Virus record (IMG/VR): IMGVR_UViG_3300045988_119870
Origin: a virus
Reading direction: 5' to 3' (one strand)
DNA length: 40,865 nt
Of the stretch, positions 1-8,235 are shown in pieces. The position numbers and the translations under genes were made by a program. Positions within the stretch are counted from its first letter, which is position 1, and each line of letters begins with the position of its first letter. The notes beneath the pieces are model-generated. The model saw only the letters and a list, made by a program, of their open reading frames with translations, was not told the origin of the DNA and searched no databases.

Positions 1-55
1 CCCGCATAAACACTGGATTTTTTCGTATCATCTGGTACGGAACTCCGGTCCACCG
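1..55. repeat. Direct terminal repeat, copy 1 of 2 (identical to 40811..40865)
   Basis: Bases 1-55 (cccgcataaacactgg...ggtccaccg) recur exactly as the last 55 bases of the window. The exact length of 55 suggests a k=55 assembly overlap of a circular molecule. Confidence 0.95.
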
Positions 56-113
56 GAATGCAATAACAGATGATATATTGTAACTGTAAATATTTCGATG
101 ATACAATATGTTT

Positions 114-139
114 CCCGGGTAATTTGCCCGGGATTTTTT
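114..139 (+). terminator. Rho-independent terminator candidate
   Basis: cccggg-taatttg-cccggg hairpin (6-bp GC stem) followed by a T6 run on the plus strand. Confidence 0.5.
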
Positions 140-219
140 ATTGCATTTCTTCTATATATATGTTATCATAACACGTGACCAGAACACACAAAATGGTCAG
201 AAAAAAGAACAATTCTTTT

Positions 220-246
220 CGCCGCGTAGCTGCGGCGTTTCTTTTT
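220..246 (+). terminator. Rho-independent terminator candidate
   Basis: cgccgc-gtagct-gcggcg hairpin followed by tttcttttt on the plus strand. Confidence 0.45.
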
Positions 247-272
247 GCCCCGGAGATCCCCGGGGCTTTTTT
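247..272 (+). terminator. Rho-independent terminator candidate
   Basis: gccccgg-agatcc-ccggggc hairpin (7-bp GC stem) followed by T6. On the minus strand it is followed by A residues, so it is oriented for plus-strand transcripts. Confidence 0.6.
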
Positions 273-281
273 GTTGGCCGA

Positions 282-1376
282 TTACTGGCGATTGCACCAT
301 TCCTGCAGGGCGCGTACCATCGCGGATGGATTGCTGATCACACCATCAACCTGTGTGCCGAGCTTGCGCTGCATCGCGCGGATGGTCTGTGGTCCGATGT
401 ATCCGTCAGCAGTTACCCCCGACCATTTCTGGATGGCCTTGATCAGAGCTGATCCGCCGGACAGTTTTGTGGACCACTCAGCAACTGTAATGCCGACACA
501 GCATTCTCGATTGGATGTTGGCTGATTACTGATCCTGCCATCCTGTGGTGTCCCGAAGATCTCCTGCAGGCGGCGTGTCAGTTCTGGCCCCCATACTCCG
601 TCAACTGAGATCGCTTTTTCGGCCGGCTTCTGAGCGGATGCTGTACCGCCGTAGGTACAGTATTTTTTATGACAATTGATCCATCCTGCGCCCGAGAGCA
701 GTTTTCCCCAACTTCCATTCTGAATTTTGGTGATAGTATAGCTGCCCTGATCCCGGATTACTCCGACGATCTTACTGTCTGCATTCGGCGCGATACGGAT
801 GTTTAATTCCGTGTCATTGACCTTGTAAACTCCTGGCTTATATATCTCCTCTCCAGACGTATTTCCGTTTCCGGAAGATTCGGAGCTACCGCTGCTGATC
901 AACTTCTTGAATCTCGTCCAGTCGCCTTTTGCAATGATCTGCGACGGGCAGTTTTTGCTGCAGATATCGAGATGTCGATAGACTTTGGATGCCGGGATGC
1001 CTGTTTCTTTCATGAGCTGCCGTACAAGCTCCACGGTGTTCTGAAACGCTTTCTCATAGTTATATCCGCCCTGCACGCACATTTCCACACCGATGCTGTT
1101 CCGGTTGCCATAAGAGCCGAACAGGTTGCCGTTTCCGTAGTTGATGCCAACGTGCCAGCATCCGAGGTTGTGCGGTGCCGCCTGATAGGCAACATCTCCG
1201 TCATCTGTGTAATAGTGTGCCGACATGCCAGAAAAATTCCCGTCATGCTGTGCTCTGGCATGAGCGCGGGCATTGGCAGTTGGCTCAAAATTGTCGGTGT
1301 TATGTACAACAATACACTGTGGGTTGTTGTACGGATAGGTGTTCTGGCTGCTGATGTATGATCTATCAATCTTCAT
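282..1376 (-). CDS. Endolysin: N-acetylmuramoyl-L-alanine amidase (Amidase_2/PGRP type) with SH3-like and PG-binding-like repeats
   Basis: 364-aa ORF. The N-terminus (CIVVHNTDN...HYYTDD...CWHVG...DICSKNCPS) has the zinc amidase pattern. A central SH3-like segment (YKVNDTELNIRIAPNADSKIVGVI) follows. Two C-terminal DG-x-WGP/IGPQT-x-R-x-LQ repeats complete it. SD GAAGGAG lies upstream and the holin is adjacent. Confidence 0.9.
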   Translation of the reverse strand: MKIDRSYISSQNTYPYNNPQCIVVHNTDNFEPTANARAHARAQHDGNFSGMSAHYYTDDGDVAYQAAPHNLGCWHVGINYGNGNLFGSYGNRNSIGVEMCVQGGYNYEKAFQNTVELVRQLMKETGIPASKVYRHLDICSKNCPSQIIAKGDWTRFKKLISSGSSESSGNGNTSGEEIYKPGVYKVNDTELNIRIAPNADSKIVGVIRDQGSYTITKIQNGSWGKLLSGAGWINCHKKYCTYGGTASAQKPAEKAISVDGVWGPELTRRLQEIFGTPQDGRISNQPTSNRECCVGITVAEWSTKLSGGSALIKAIQKWSGVTADGYIGPQTIRAMQRKLGTQVDGVISNPSAMVRALQEWCNRQ

Positions 1377-1411
1377 TGTCTCTCCTTCTGCCAGGCGAAT
1401 TGCGCCGGCGT

Positions 1412-1436
1412 AAAAAAGGACGGTTATCAGCCGCCC
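1412..1436 (-). terminator. Weak hairpin plus U6 between holin and endolysin (possible attenuator)
   Basis: Minus strand reads GGGCGG-CUGAUAA-CCGUCC followed by UUUUUU, immediately after the holin stop. The stem is only 6 bp and includes one G-U pair. Confidence 0.35.
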
Positions 1437-1730
1437 TCACTCTGTTTTCTGTGTCTGCTTGATAATCTGATTCACATAGTTGCTCAACCCAGCGACGAGG
1501 ATTCCCTGCGTGACCGCCGTAAATACTGCCATTGCCGCCTGCTGACCGGTGCACACCTCACTGGTGGCCAGCACCCAAATCGCGCAAAGTACAATGCTCA
1601 CACCACCCAGAATCAGTGGAATATACTTGTCCTTTACAGCCTGTGCCTGTTTCAGGCCCATGCCCAGGAAGTACAGGACAATAGCTACAATGATCAGTTC
1701 CGGTTTTACATAATTCATAATCTGTTCCAT
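1437..1730 (-). CDS. Holin
   Basis: 97 aa with hydrophobic helices (LIIVAIVLYFLGMGL, PLILGGVSIVLCAIWVLA, AVFTAVTQGILVAGL) and a charged C-terminus (KQTQKTE). It sits directly upstream of the endolysin. Confidence 0.8.
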   Translation of the reverse strand: MEQIMNYVKPELIIVAIVLYFLGMGLKQAQAVKDKYIPLILGGVSIVLCAIWVLATSEVCTGQQAAMAVFTAVTQGILVAGLSNYVNQIIKQTQKTE

Positions 1731-1731
1731 G

Positions 1732-2055
1732 TCAATCGCCTTTCTTTTTTAAGTGTAATTCATCAATTTCCTGCTTCATCTTTGTGATCATACCGTTTCC
1801 ACCAAGCACATGATAGGCTTCGTACATCTCGCAGAAGTTCTGGTATGCATAGGATGGGATGTCTCCAAGCTGTGTGTACTTGCTGTGGTACTCAATCAGC
1901 TGGACTCTGAGTAGTAACATAGTTCCCTTACTGTTCGCGTCTCGATCCCTTTTCTGATTTTTTAAGAGCCAGACGATGTAGCCCAGCAGCACTGGAAGTG
2001 CTATCGTATATGTCTGCATTAATATTTCATTCACTGCTCTGTCTCTCTTTCCCAC
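1732..2055 (-). CDS. Hypothetical single-pass membrane protein of the lysis cassette (start uncertain)
   Basis: 107-aa ORF with one TM segment (YTIALPVLLGYIVWLL), tightly packed against the holin gene. The annotated start is GTG without a clear SD, and in-frame GTG/ATG alternatives lie downstream. Confidence 0.5.
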   Translation of the reverse strand: MGKRDRAVNEILMQTYTIALPVLLGYIVWLLKNQKRDRDANSKGTMLLLRVQLIEYHSKYTQLGDIPSYAYQNFCEMYEAYHVLGGNGMITKMKQEIDELHLKKKGD

Positions 2056-2087
2056 TATTGAACGCAGAAGAAGGACCGTTTCCGGCC

Positions 2088-2351
2088 CTACTCAGTTTTT
2101 TCCTTTTCTTCCAGCTCTGCAGTGTACTTATCATACTCGTCCCAGATGTCATTCTCAAATTTATCAACAACATCATCGATATCCTTTTTATTGGCACGAT
2201 ACTTTCTACCGTTGTTGATGTAGCGATTGACAATTGGAACATCCGGATGTTTTGCATCCATATTAGCGTCCATAGACACAACGGTCTCGCCGTCAACTGT
2301 GATGATTCCAGAATAATGAATGTCCTTTGTGTAAGTTGCTGATACTGCCAT
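2088..2351 (-). CDS. Hypothetical protein (between tail fibre and lysis genes)
   Basis: 87-aa ORF with a strong SD (AGGAGGACAAAAATATG), co-oriented and tightly spaced with its neighbours. Confidence 0.6.
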   Translation of the reverse strand: MAVSATYTKDIHYSGIITVDGETVVSMDANMDAKHPDVPIVNRYINNGRKYRANKKDIDDVVDKFENDIWDEYDKYTAELEEKEKTE

Positions 2352-2370
2352 ATTTTTGTCCTCCTAAAAA

Positions 2371-5300
2371 TTAATTTGTATCTCCAGAGATATTATCTCT
2401 CATGGATTCAAGTTCACTTCTTAGATCCGCAACCTCTATTTCAAGGTTCGATCTTCTTTGCTTTTCGAGTTGAAGCTCATGCGTTATTATCGCAATCAAA
2501 TTGGTATATACCATACTATAAGTATCAATATAGCTATCCTCAGTGTTCTTCCTGTCGTGGTGTACCAGATCCAGCTCGTCTTCTCGGATTCCGAGTTCTC
2601 GCATGGCTTCTACGACATCCTGTGCGACGAACCCATAACAAATGCGCCCATCACCGTCAATCATCCGATACTGAACTGGTTTTAAGCGATCGAACAGCTC
2701 TGAATGAATATCCGTCTTATTGATCTTGCTCTCACCGAGTGGAAATATGTTTGTTTTGGCGCGGCGATCGGATGTGACCTGTGGGGAGTTTTTAACAATC
2801 AAACGCTCCCATACTCTTCCACTATCTCCTAACATAATCTTTTCGGAGTACGCCTTGGTCGGTGCGAACGCTCCAGTATACACTCCTCCAGACCAGCCAC
2901 AGCCATAAAATTCGACCTCTGCCTGATAACCTTTCTTCTTTGATTCAAGAATAATGCTACCGTTACCAATATCGAAGTTTGCTTTGTTGTTGGCATCCGA
3001 GTAAGTATTTACAACAAAAGAATCGTCAACAGCTCCGGCTATACAGCTTCCAGAAGAACTTGATGTCTCCAATACAGATTCGTGGACACCTTTAATATCT
3101 ACATATTCGCTCTGGATTGACAGAGCCGCATTGCCGGATTTTGTTTCAACCAAAATCTTACCGACACCACCACATAACTCAATAACCGCATCTTTTGCGT
3201 TCTTTCCAAGCTGGATCAACTTATCACCATAATATGCGAGTGTCGTTCCTGCCCGGTTAAGAATCTCAAATGCTGATGCTGAAATCTTAGTCCGATAGCC
3301 AGACCAAGATCCGCTGGTTTTATTTCCAACTTCCAATCCGGTCCCATCAGTAAACTGCATAAAGTTGGTGGCTGTTTTTGCTGCTTGTAAAGGATTCGCA
3401 TTAATTGAACCAGATGGTAAAGAAGCTAATTTGGTTGATGTCCACGTCACTGTATATGGACCAGAACCTTGAGTATAGTTAAATACTCTCAGCTGTCCAT
3501 ACGGTTCACTTAATCTTGTTATAAGGCCCCACGTTGAAGTAGTCTTTTTATAAATCCATAACGACCATCCGCCTGAAGATCTTAGGAAATCCAATCCAGG
3601 ATCTGAGTTATTTGCAGAGATAAAACTAAACTGGACATCTGTTGTCTCAAAACCTCTGCCACCAAGTTTAAATGTTGTTGGCTGATTTGCATACGAACCT
3701 GTGATCTTTATTGTAGCAAATTCGACATAAAGATTTGACTCACCGTTTCCATTTACCGTATGCACTACCTGATTTGCGTCCTTACCTGCAGCGCCCTGTG
3801 GACCTTGAGGACCTGTTGCGCCGGTTGCACCTTTATCTCCCTGAGGACCTTTATCGCCTTTTACACCTTGAGGACCTTGTGGTCCCTGAGGACCAGTTGC
3901 TCCTTTATCCCCTTTATCACCTTTGGCACCGGTTGCACCTGTGTCGCCTTTGCTTCCCGTGACGCAAACTGCTGTTGTCGTTGAAGTCGTGTTGTCAGTA
4001 TAGGTAATCACCGATCTCGTCCAAATATATTTACTGTTCTCCCATCCAGGATAAGTCGTGCTCCACGATCCGCCGGACATGGCTGTTGCTGACGTTGATT
4101 TGTAATACTGTTCTACAATAGATTTAACGCCTTTACCGGTTGCACCAGTCCCTCCAGTATCTCCTTTGTCACCTTTGGCTCCGGTTGCTCCCTGTGCTCC
4201 TGCAATGCAAACTCCATTTTGATTTGGCGAATACGTTCTGTTACCAGCTCCGTCCGTTGTTACCGTACGGCTCCACATATACTTTCCATTAACCCATGTC
4301 GGCGCTGTCGTCGACCATGATCCACCAGAAAGTGATGTTGCCGATGTTGAAAGATAATACTCAACATCAACAAAAGATACATAATCCTCTGGAGCTGGTG
4401 TCCAGTCCGTGGCCATATTGCCTTCTTCTAATTTTTCCCATTGAAAAGTAAGTGTTCCGGTGCCAGTAACGTCTAGACCTAATCTCGGAATTATAACACT
4501 TCTCGTGCTATTTCCACCTTTAGGTATCGTATATGTAACCCAATATTTTGTCATTGTAGTAGTAAGAACGAAGTCGCACAAACCATCGATGGCGGTTGAT
4601 CTTTGTCCTTGACTGCCAACTACAGAAATAATATTTGACGGATTATAAAAATGCACTCGTATTTTATCGCCATTGACAGATGACTTTGCCCAGAAGGATA
4701 ATGTATATACACTTCCATTTAGTAAGACCGTTGTTTTCCATGAGCATTTATCAGCATATCCCGATGTTGGATAGGTATACGTTATGGGAGATTTATGTGT
4801 TCCCACCAATAAATTTCTTCCGCCGACGACAATTCCTTCCGGTGTGCTGCCGACGTTGTAAGCAGTTGAAGTTGTATTATCCGTATAGATGATGATCGTA
4901 CGAGTCCAGAAATATGGTTTGTCCGCACTTGTCGCCGGAGGAGTTGCTGACCATACTCCAGTAGGGATCGTAGTTCCAGACGAACTTGCCTGATATGTAA
5001 CCGCTGTGGATTTAACGCCTTTTCCAGTTGCCCCGGTATCGCCTTTATCCCCCTTACTACCTGTAGCTCCTGTTGCACCCCTCGGGATAATTGTATGGCT
5101 TATGCATAAACCTTTCAGATCTCCAGATGCAGTATTACTCCGATAATAAGCAACATGAGCATTTTTTGTATCTGTTGCCGTTCCAACGATCGCGAACATA
5201 TCCCCGATTCGGCAGCCATTACGGATACCAGATGTACTAGACCAAGTTTCTTCGTGATTAATAGTTCCGTATGCCGTCCACTGAGACTCGGTGAAGGCAT

Positions 5301-8235
5301 CTCTGACTACATTTGCTACAAGACTATATCCCTGTGAACCAGTGGCACCAGTAGCACCTTTGTTACCATATACACCGATAACTCGTTTTGTTGTGTCTAC
5401 AGTTGTCCCATTTGTATAAGTAATTGTCTCGTAGTTCCAGAGATATTTATTGCTCTCTGTCATTGTCGGAACCGTAGACGACCATGAGGTAGGAACAGTC
5501 GAATTTGACGCGGAGACTGCATAATGCTCGGTAATACTCTTAATACCATTTCCGGTTGATCCGGTATCACCTTTATCCCCTTTACTTCCCCGATCACCGT
5601 ATGATCCAATGATGCAAGGCGCAGTTGTACTCGCCACGGTTCCGTCGGTATACTTCACAACCTCATAATTCCAAAGATACTTCTTAGCCGCAGACACCGA
5701 CTGGACAGCTGTTGTCCATCCACTCGTCGCCGTTGTAACTCCGCTGGAAGATGCCGTTGCCAGGTAATAATTGACTACTGATCCAATACTCTTTCCATTG
5801 GTGCCATTTGCACCATTGGTTCCCATACGGCCGACACTATATATCGTGGATGTTGTGTTGTCAGTGTAAGTGATGATTGTACGTGTCCACAGATACTGCC
5901 CCGCGGATGCAGATGGCACAGACCCAGACCATGTGCCAGTTGGAACTGTTGTTCCGGAAGTTGAAACCTGGTATGCAACAGATGTCGATTTAACCCCCTT
6001 ACCCGTATCACCCTTATCACCTTTGGCTCCAGCCTCGCCTTTGATTTTCGCCCACTTATACATTCCGACACTTGTAGGATCATCTTTTGCATAGTCCACG
6101 CATGTTCCGATATAAGCGCCAATATCCTCACCACTGTTCCCGGTGAATGTCTTCCCACCGTCATTACTATATTTGATGTGCAGATAACTGGTTTTCCCGT
6201 CTGCTCCATTGGTACCTGAAATTCCCTGTTTTCCCTGTGGCCCCTGCGAACCTTCCAGCTGCTGCCAGCTGTACTTCTTCGGATCATCCGAATCCGTCTG
6301 TGTAAAATCCACATACGTTCCAATGTATTTTGACGGTGTCTCTGTCATCTGAGACGCATAGGTCGGATTCGAAACCGCAGAATATTTGATGTGAAAATAC
6401 GTCGTTTTTCCATCTTTTCCGTCAGCGCCTTTGGGTCCCTGGATTCCCTGATCACCCTTATCGCCCTGCAGGCCGCGCAGTCCTTGCTCGCCCGGATCTC
6501 CCTTATCTCCTTTCGGCCCCTGAAATTTGCTCCAATGATACTTCGCCGGATTGGTGCTGTCAGCCTTGGTAAAATCCACGTATTGGCCTATATACGTTTT
6601 ATCGACGGCGTTGGTTGTCGAAAAGCCTGTCTTTCCATCCGCGCTTGTTGCATAAGCGATATGCAGATAACTGGTTTCACCATTCGCACCGTTTTCTCCA
6701 GGGGTTCCATCGGCGCCGTCCTCTCCGTCATCGCCCTGAAATTTTCGCCAGGTGTACTTGGTCGGATCTGTACTGTCCTCCAATATATAGTCCACGTAGG
6801 TACCGATATATTTTCCTGTATCCTTCCGCAACTGATTTGCTGTCGGGTTCGGAACATCAGCATATCTCACATGGAAGAAACTAGTCAGACCATTCTTTCC
6901 GGGCTCTCCCGCAATTCCCTGCTCTCCAACAACCTTTACCCAGGTATAGATGCTCGGGTCTGTAAGTACCGGCTGTTTTGTCGTCTGATTGTATGCGATA
7001 CCCATGTATGTCTTTCCAGCTGATTTGAGCGATATTCCGCCGCCCGTTTCCGTATCAGCAAACACAACCCAAGTGTAAAACGTCCGGTTCTTTGCCAGTT
7101 TTTCAAACTGTGCAGCCAGGCTCTCCATCTTCTCGGAAATTCCACTTGATTTAAGCTGATATTCGCCCAGTGTCGCTGTGTACTCATCGTTGCAGATGGA
7201 AGATTCCAGCTTCATGATCCGCGCGGACAGATACAATTCTCCGGTGTCATCTACGATATTGACTGTATCGCCGATCTTGATTCCATCCGGCAGATATGCC
7301 AGCTCCACTTCATAGGATACCGCAGCATCATAGATCTTTTTCAACTTGGATACAGCACGGTTGCACAGCTCCGACTGGCTTAAAGTATCATAAGTATACG
7401 TCTGGACGATATGCCCAGTTCCATTCCCTTTCTCGGAAAGATACCGGCTCCATTTTGCCACCGCGCTCCGGGAATAAATCGTGCTGCCGGACAGATAAAT
7501 ATCACCGTCATCATACTTATACCCTTTCAGATTGATCGGCGTTTCACTGTCTTCCGGATATCCGCCGGTAACGGAAAGTGCCGTAGCCAGATCTTCTACT
7601 GAACTTTTTACAATGATATTTTTCACTTCCCGGTTGATCCGAAGTTCTCGCCCCTGATCTACGCCGCGCTTCTTATGCAGGTTGATATATTTGTGCTTGA
7701 TTTTCAACCGGTCGATTTCAAAAGTATAGGAAACTTCCGCGTCAAACTGCGTGGCAACGCTCAAAATACGCTCAGAAGCGGTGGTCTCACCCTCCCAGGA
7801 CAGTTTCCGGTTATAATTGCTGACCTCATTGATTCCAATTTCAAAGCCGGAATCGTCGCTGAATTTTTCAACATAGTAGCTCGCTGGATATGCCTTGTCT
7901 GCTTTGTATTCGCCAACTGTCTCGTTCAGGAGATCCATACCGGCATCCTCGGCATAGATTTCTACTTCCTGTTTGAAAATATTTTCTTCGCTGGTAATGA
8001 TCGTATAAAATTCCTGCTCATCGCCATTCTTCCGAAGAATATAATTGCCAACAGAACCATACTGTTTCGCATCATTCCGCGTGCTCGCCGTGTAATTCAG
8101 CGTAAATTCTAGTGTAGCAACACCTGCTTCCACCTCTTCTGTTTTCAGATCATCAGAAATGTACAATCCCTTCGGTAGCTCTGTGCTTGCCTGCCCAAGG
8201 ACATTCATATGTCGGTCCGCAAAATATAAAATCAT
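2371..8235 (-). CDS. Giant tail-associated / tail fibre protein (Tal-like N-terminus, collagen-like repeats, repeated beta modules, CBM-like insert, C-terminal S74 intramolecular chaperone)
   Basis: I trimmed the ORF to the ATG at 8235 (MILYFADRHMNVLG). That start has SD GGAGGTG 5 nt upstream and an ATGA overlap with the Dit stop. The N-terminus resembles the phage minor structural protein / prophage tail endopeptidase family. There are many G-x-y runs, e.g. GPQGPQGPQGVKGDKGPQGDKGATGATGPQGPQGAAG. The C-terminus (SDRRAKTNIFPL...YGFVAQDVVEAM...YSMVYTNLIAI) matches the S74 chaperone pattern. Confidence 0.9.
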   Translation of the reverse strand: MILYFADRHMNVLGQASTELPKGLYISDDLKTEEVEAGVATLEFTLNYTASTRNDAKQYGSVGNYILRKNGDEQEFYTIITSEENIFKQEVEIYAEDAGMDLLNETVGEYKADKAYPASYYVEKFSDDSGFEIGINEVSNYNRKLSWEGETTASERILSVATQFDAEVSYTFEIDRLKIKHKYINLHKKRGVDQGRELRINREVKNIIVKSSVEDLATALSVTGGYPEDSETPINLKGYKYDDGDIYLSGSTIYSRSAVAKWSRYLSEKGNGTGHIVQTYTYDTLSQSELCNRAVSKLKKIYDAAVSYEVELAYLPDGIKIGDTVNIVDDTGELYLSARIMKLESSICNDEYTATLGEYQLKSSGISEKMESLAAQFEKLAKNRTFYTWVVFADTETGGGISLKSAGKTYMGIAYNQTTKQPVLTDPSIYTWVKVVGEQGIAGEPGKNGLTSFFHVRYADVPNPTANQLRKDTGKYIGTYVDYILEDSTDPTKYTWRKFQGDDGEDGADGTPGENGANGETSYLHIAYATSADGKTGFSTTNAVDKTYIGQYVDFTKADSTNPAKYHWSKFQGPKGDKGDPGEQGLRGLQGDKGDQGIQGPKGADGKDGKTTYFHIKYSAVSNPTYASQMTETPSKYIGTYVDFTQTDSDDPKKYSWQQLEGSQGPQGKQGISGTNGADGKTSYLHIKYSNDGGKTFTGNSGEDIGAYIGTCVDYAKDDPTSVGMYKWAKIKGEAGAKGDKGDTGKGVKSTSVAYQVSTSGTTVPTGTWSGSVPSASAGQYLWTRTIITYTDNTTSTIYSVGRMGTNGANGTNGKSIGSVVNYYLATASSSGVTTATSGWTTAVQSVSAAKKYLWNYEVVKYTDGTVASTTAPCIIGSYGDRGSKGDKGDTGSTGNGIKSITEHYAVSASNSTVPTSWSSTVPTMTESNKYLWNYETITYTNGTTVDTTKRVIGVYGNKGATGATGSQGYSLVANVVRDAFTESQWTAYGTINHEETWSSTSGIRNGCRIGDMFAIVGTATDTKNAHVAYYRSNTASGDLKGLCISHTIIPRGATGATGSKGDKGDTGATGKGVKSTAVTYQASSSGTTIPTGVWSATPPATSADKPYFWTRTIIIYTDNTTSTAYNVGSTPEGIVVGGRNLLVGTHKSPITYTYPTSGYADKCSWKTTVLLNGSVYTLSFWAKSSVNGDKIRVHFYNPSNIISVVGSQGQRSTAIDGLCDFVLTTTMTKYWVTYTIPKGGNSTRSVIIPRLGLDVTGTGTLTFQWEKLEEGNMATDWTPAPEDYVSFVDVEYYLSTSATSLSGGSWSTTAPTWVNGKYMWSRTVTTDGAGNRTYSPNQNGVCIAGAQGATGAKGDKGDTGGTGATGKGVKSIVEQYYKSTSATAMSGGSWSTTYPGWENSKYIWTRSVITYTDNTTSTTTAVCVTGSKGDTGATGAKGDKGDKGATGPQGPQGPQGVKGDKGPQGDKGATGATGPQGPQGAAGKDANQVVHTVNGNGESNLYVEFATIKITGSYANQPTTFKLGGRGFETTDVQFSFISANNSDPGLDFLRSSGGWSLWIYKKTTSTWGLITRLSEPYGQLRVFNYTQGSGPYTVTWTSTKLASLPSGSINANPLQAAKTATNFMQFTDGTGLEVGNKTSGSWSGYRTKISASAFEILNRAGTTLAYYGDKLIQLGKNAKDAVIELCGGVGKILVETKSGNAALSIQSEYVDIKGVHESVLETSSSSGSCIAGAVDDSFVVNTYSDANNKANFDIGNGSIILESKKKGYQAEVEFYGCGWSGGVYTGAFAPTKAYSEKIMLGDSGRVWERLIVKNSPQVTSDRRAKTNIFPLGESKINKTDIHSELFDRLKPVQYRMIDGDGRICYGFVAQDVVEAMRELGIREDELDLVHHDRKNTEDSYIDTYSMVYTNLIAIITHELQLEKQRRSNLEIEVADLRSELESMRDNISGDTN

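Noticed and set aside
141-525. Plus-strand ORFs 141..452 and 175..525.
   Set aside because: They run through three terminator hairpins and then antisense into the endolysin gene. Neither has an SD, and the translations are implausible.
3770-7040. Diversity-generating retroelement acting on the repetitive tail fibre.
   Set aside because: No reverse transcriptase ORF exists anywhere in the window, and there is no template/variable repeat pair with adenine-specific differences. The repeats are in-frame protein modules.
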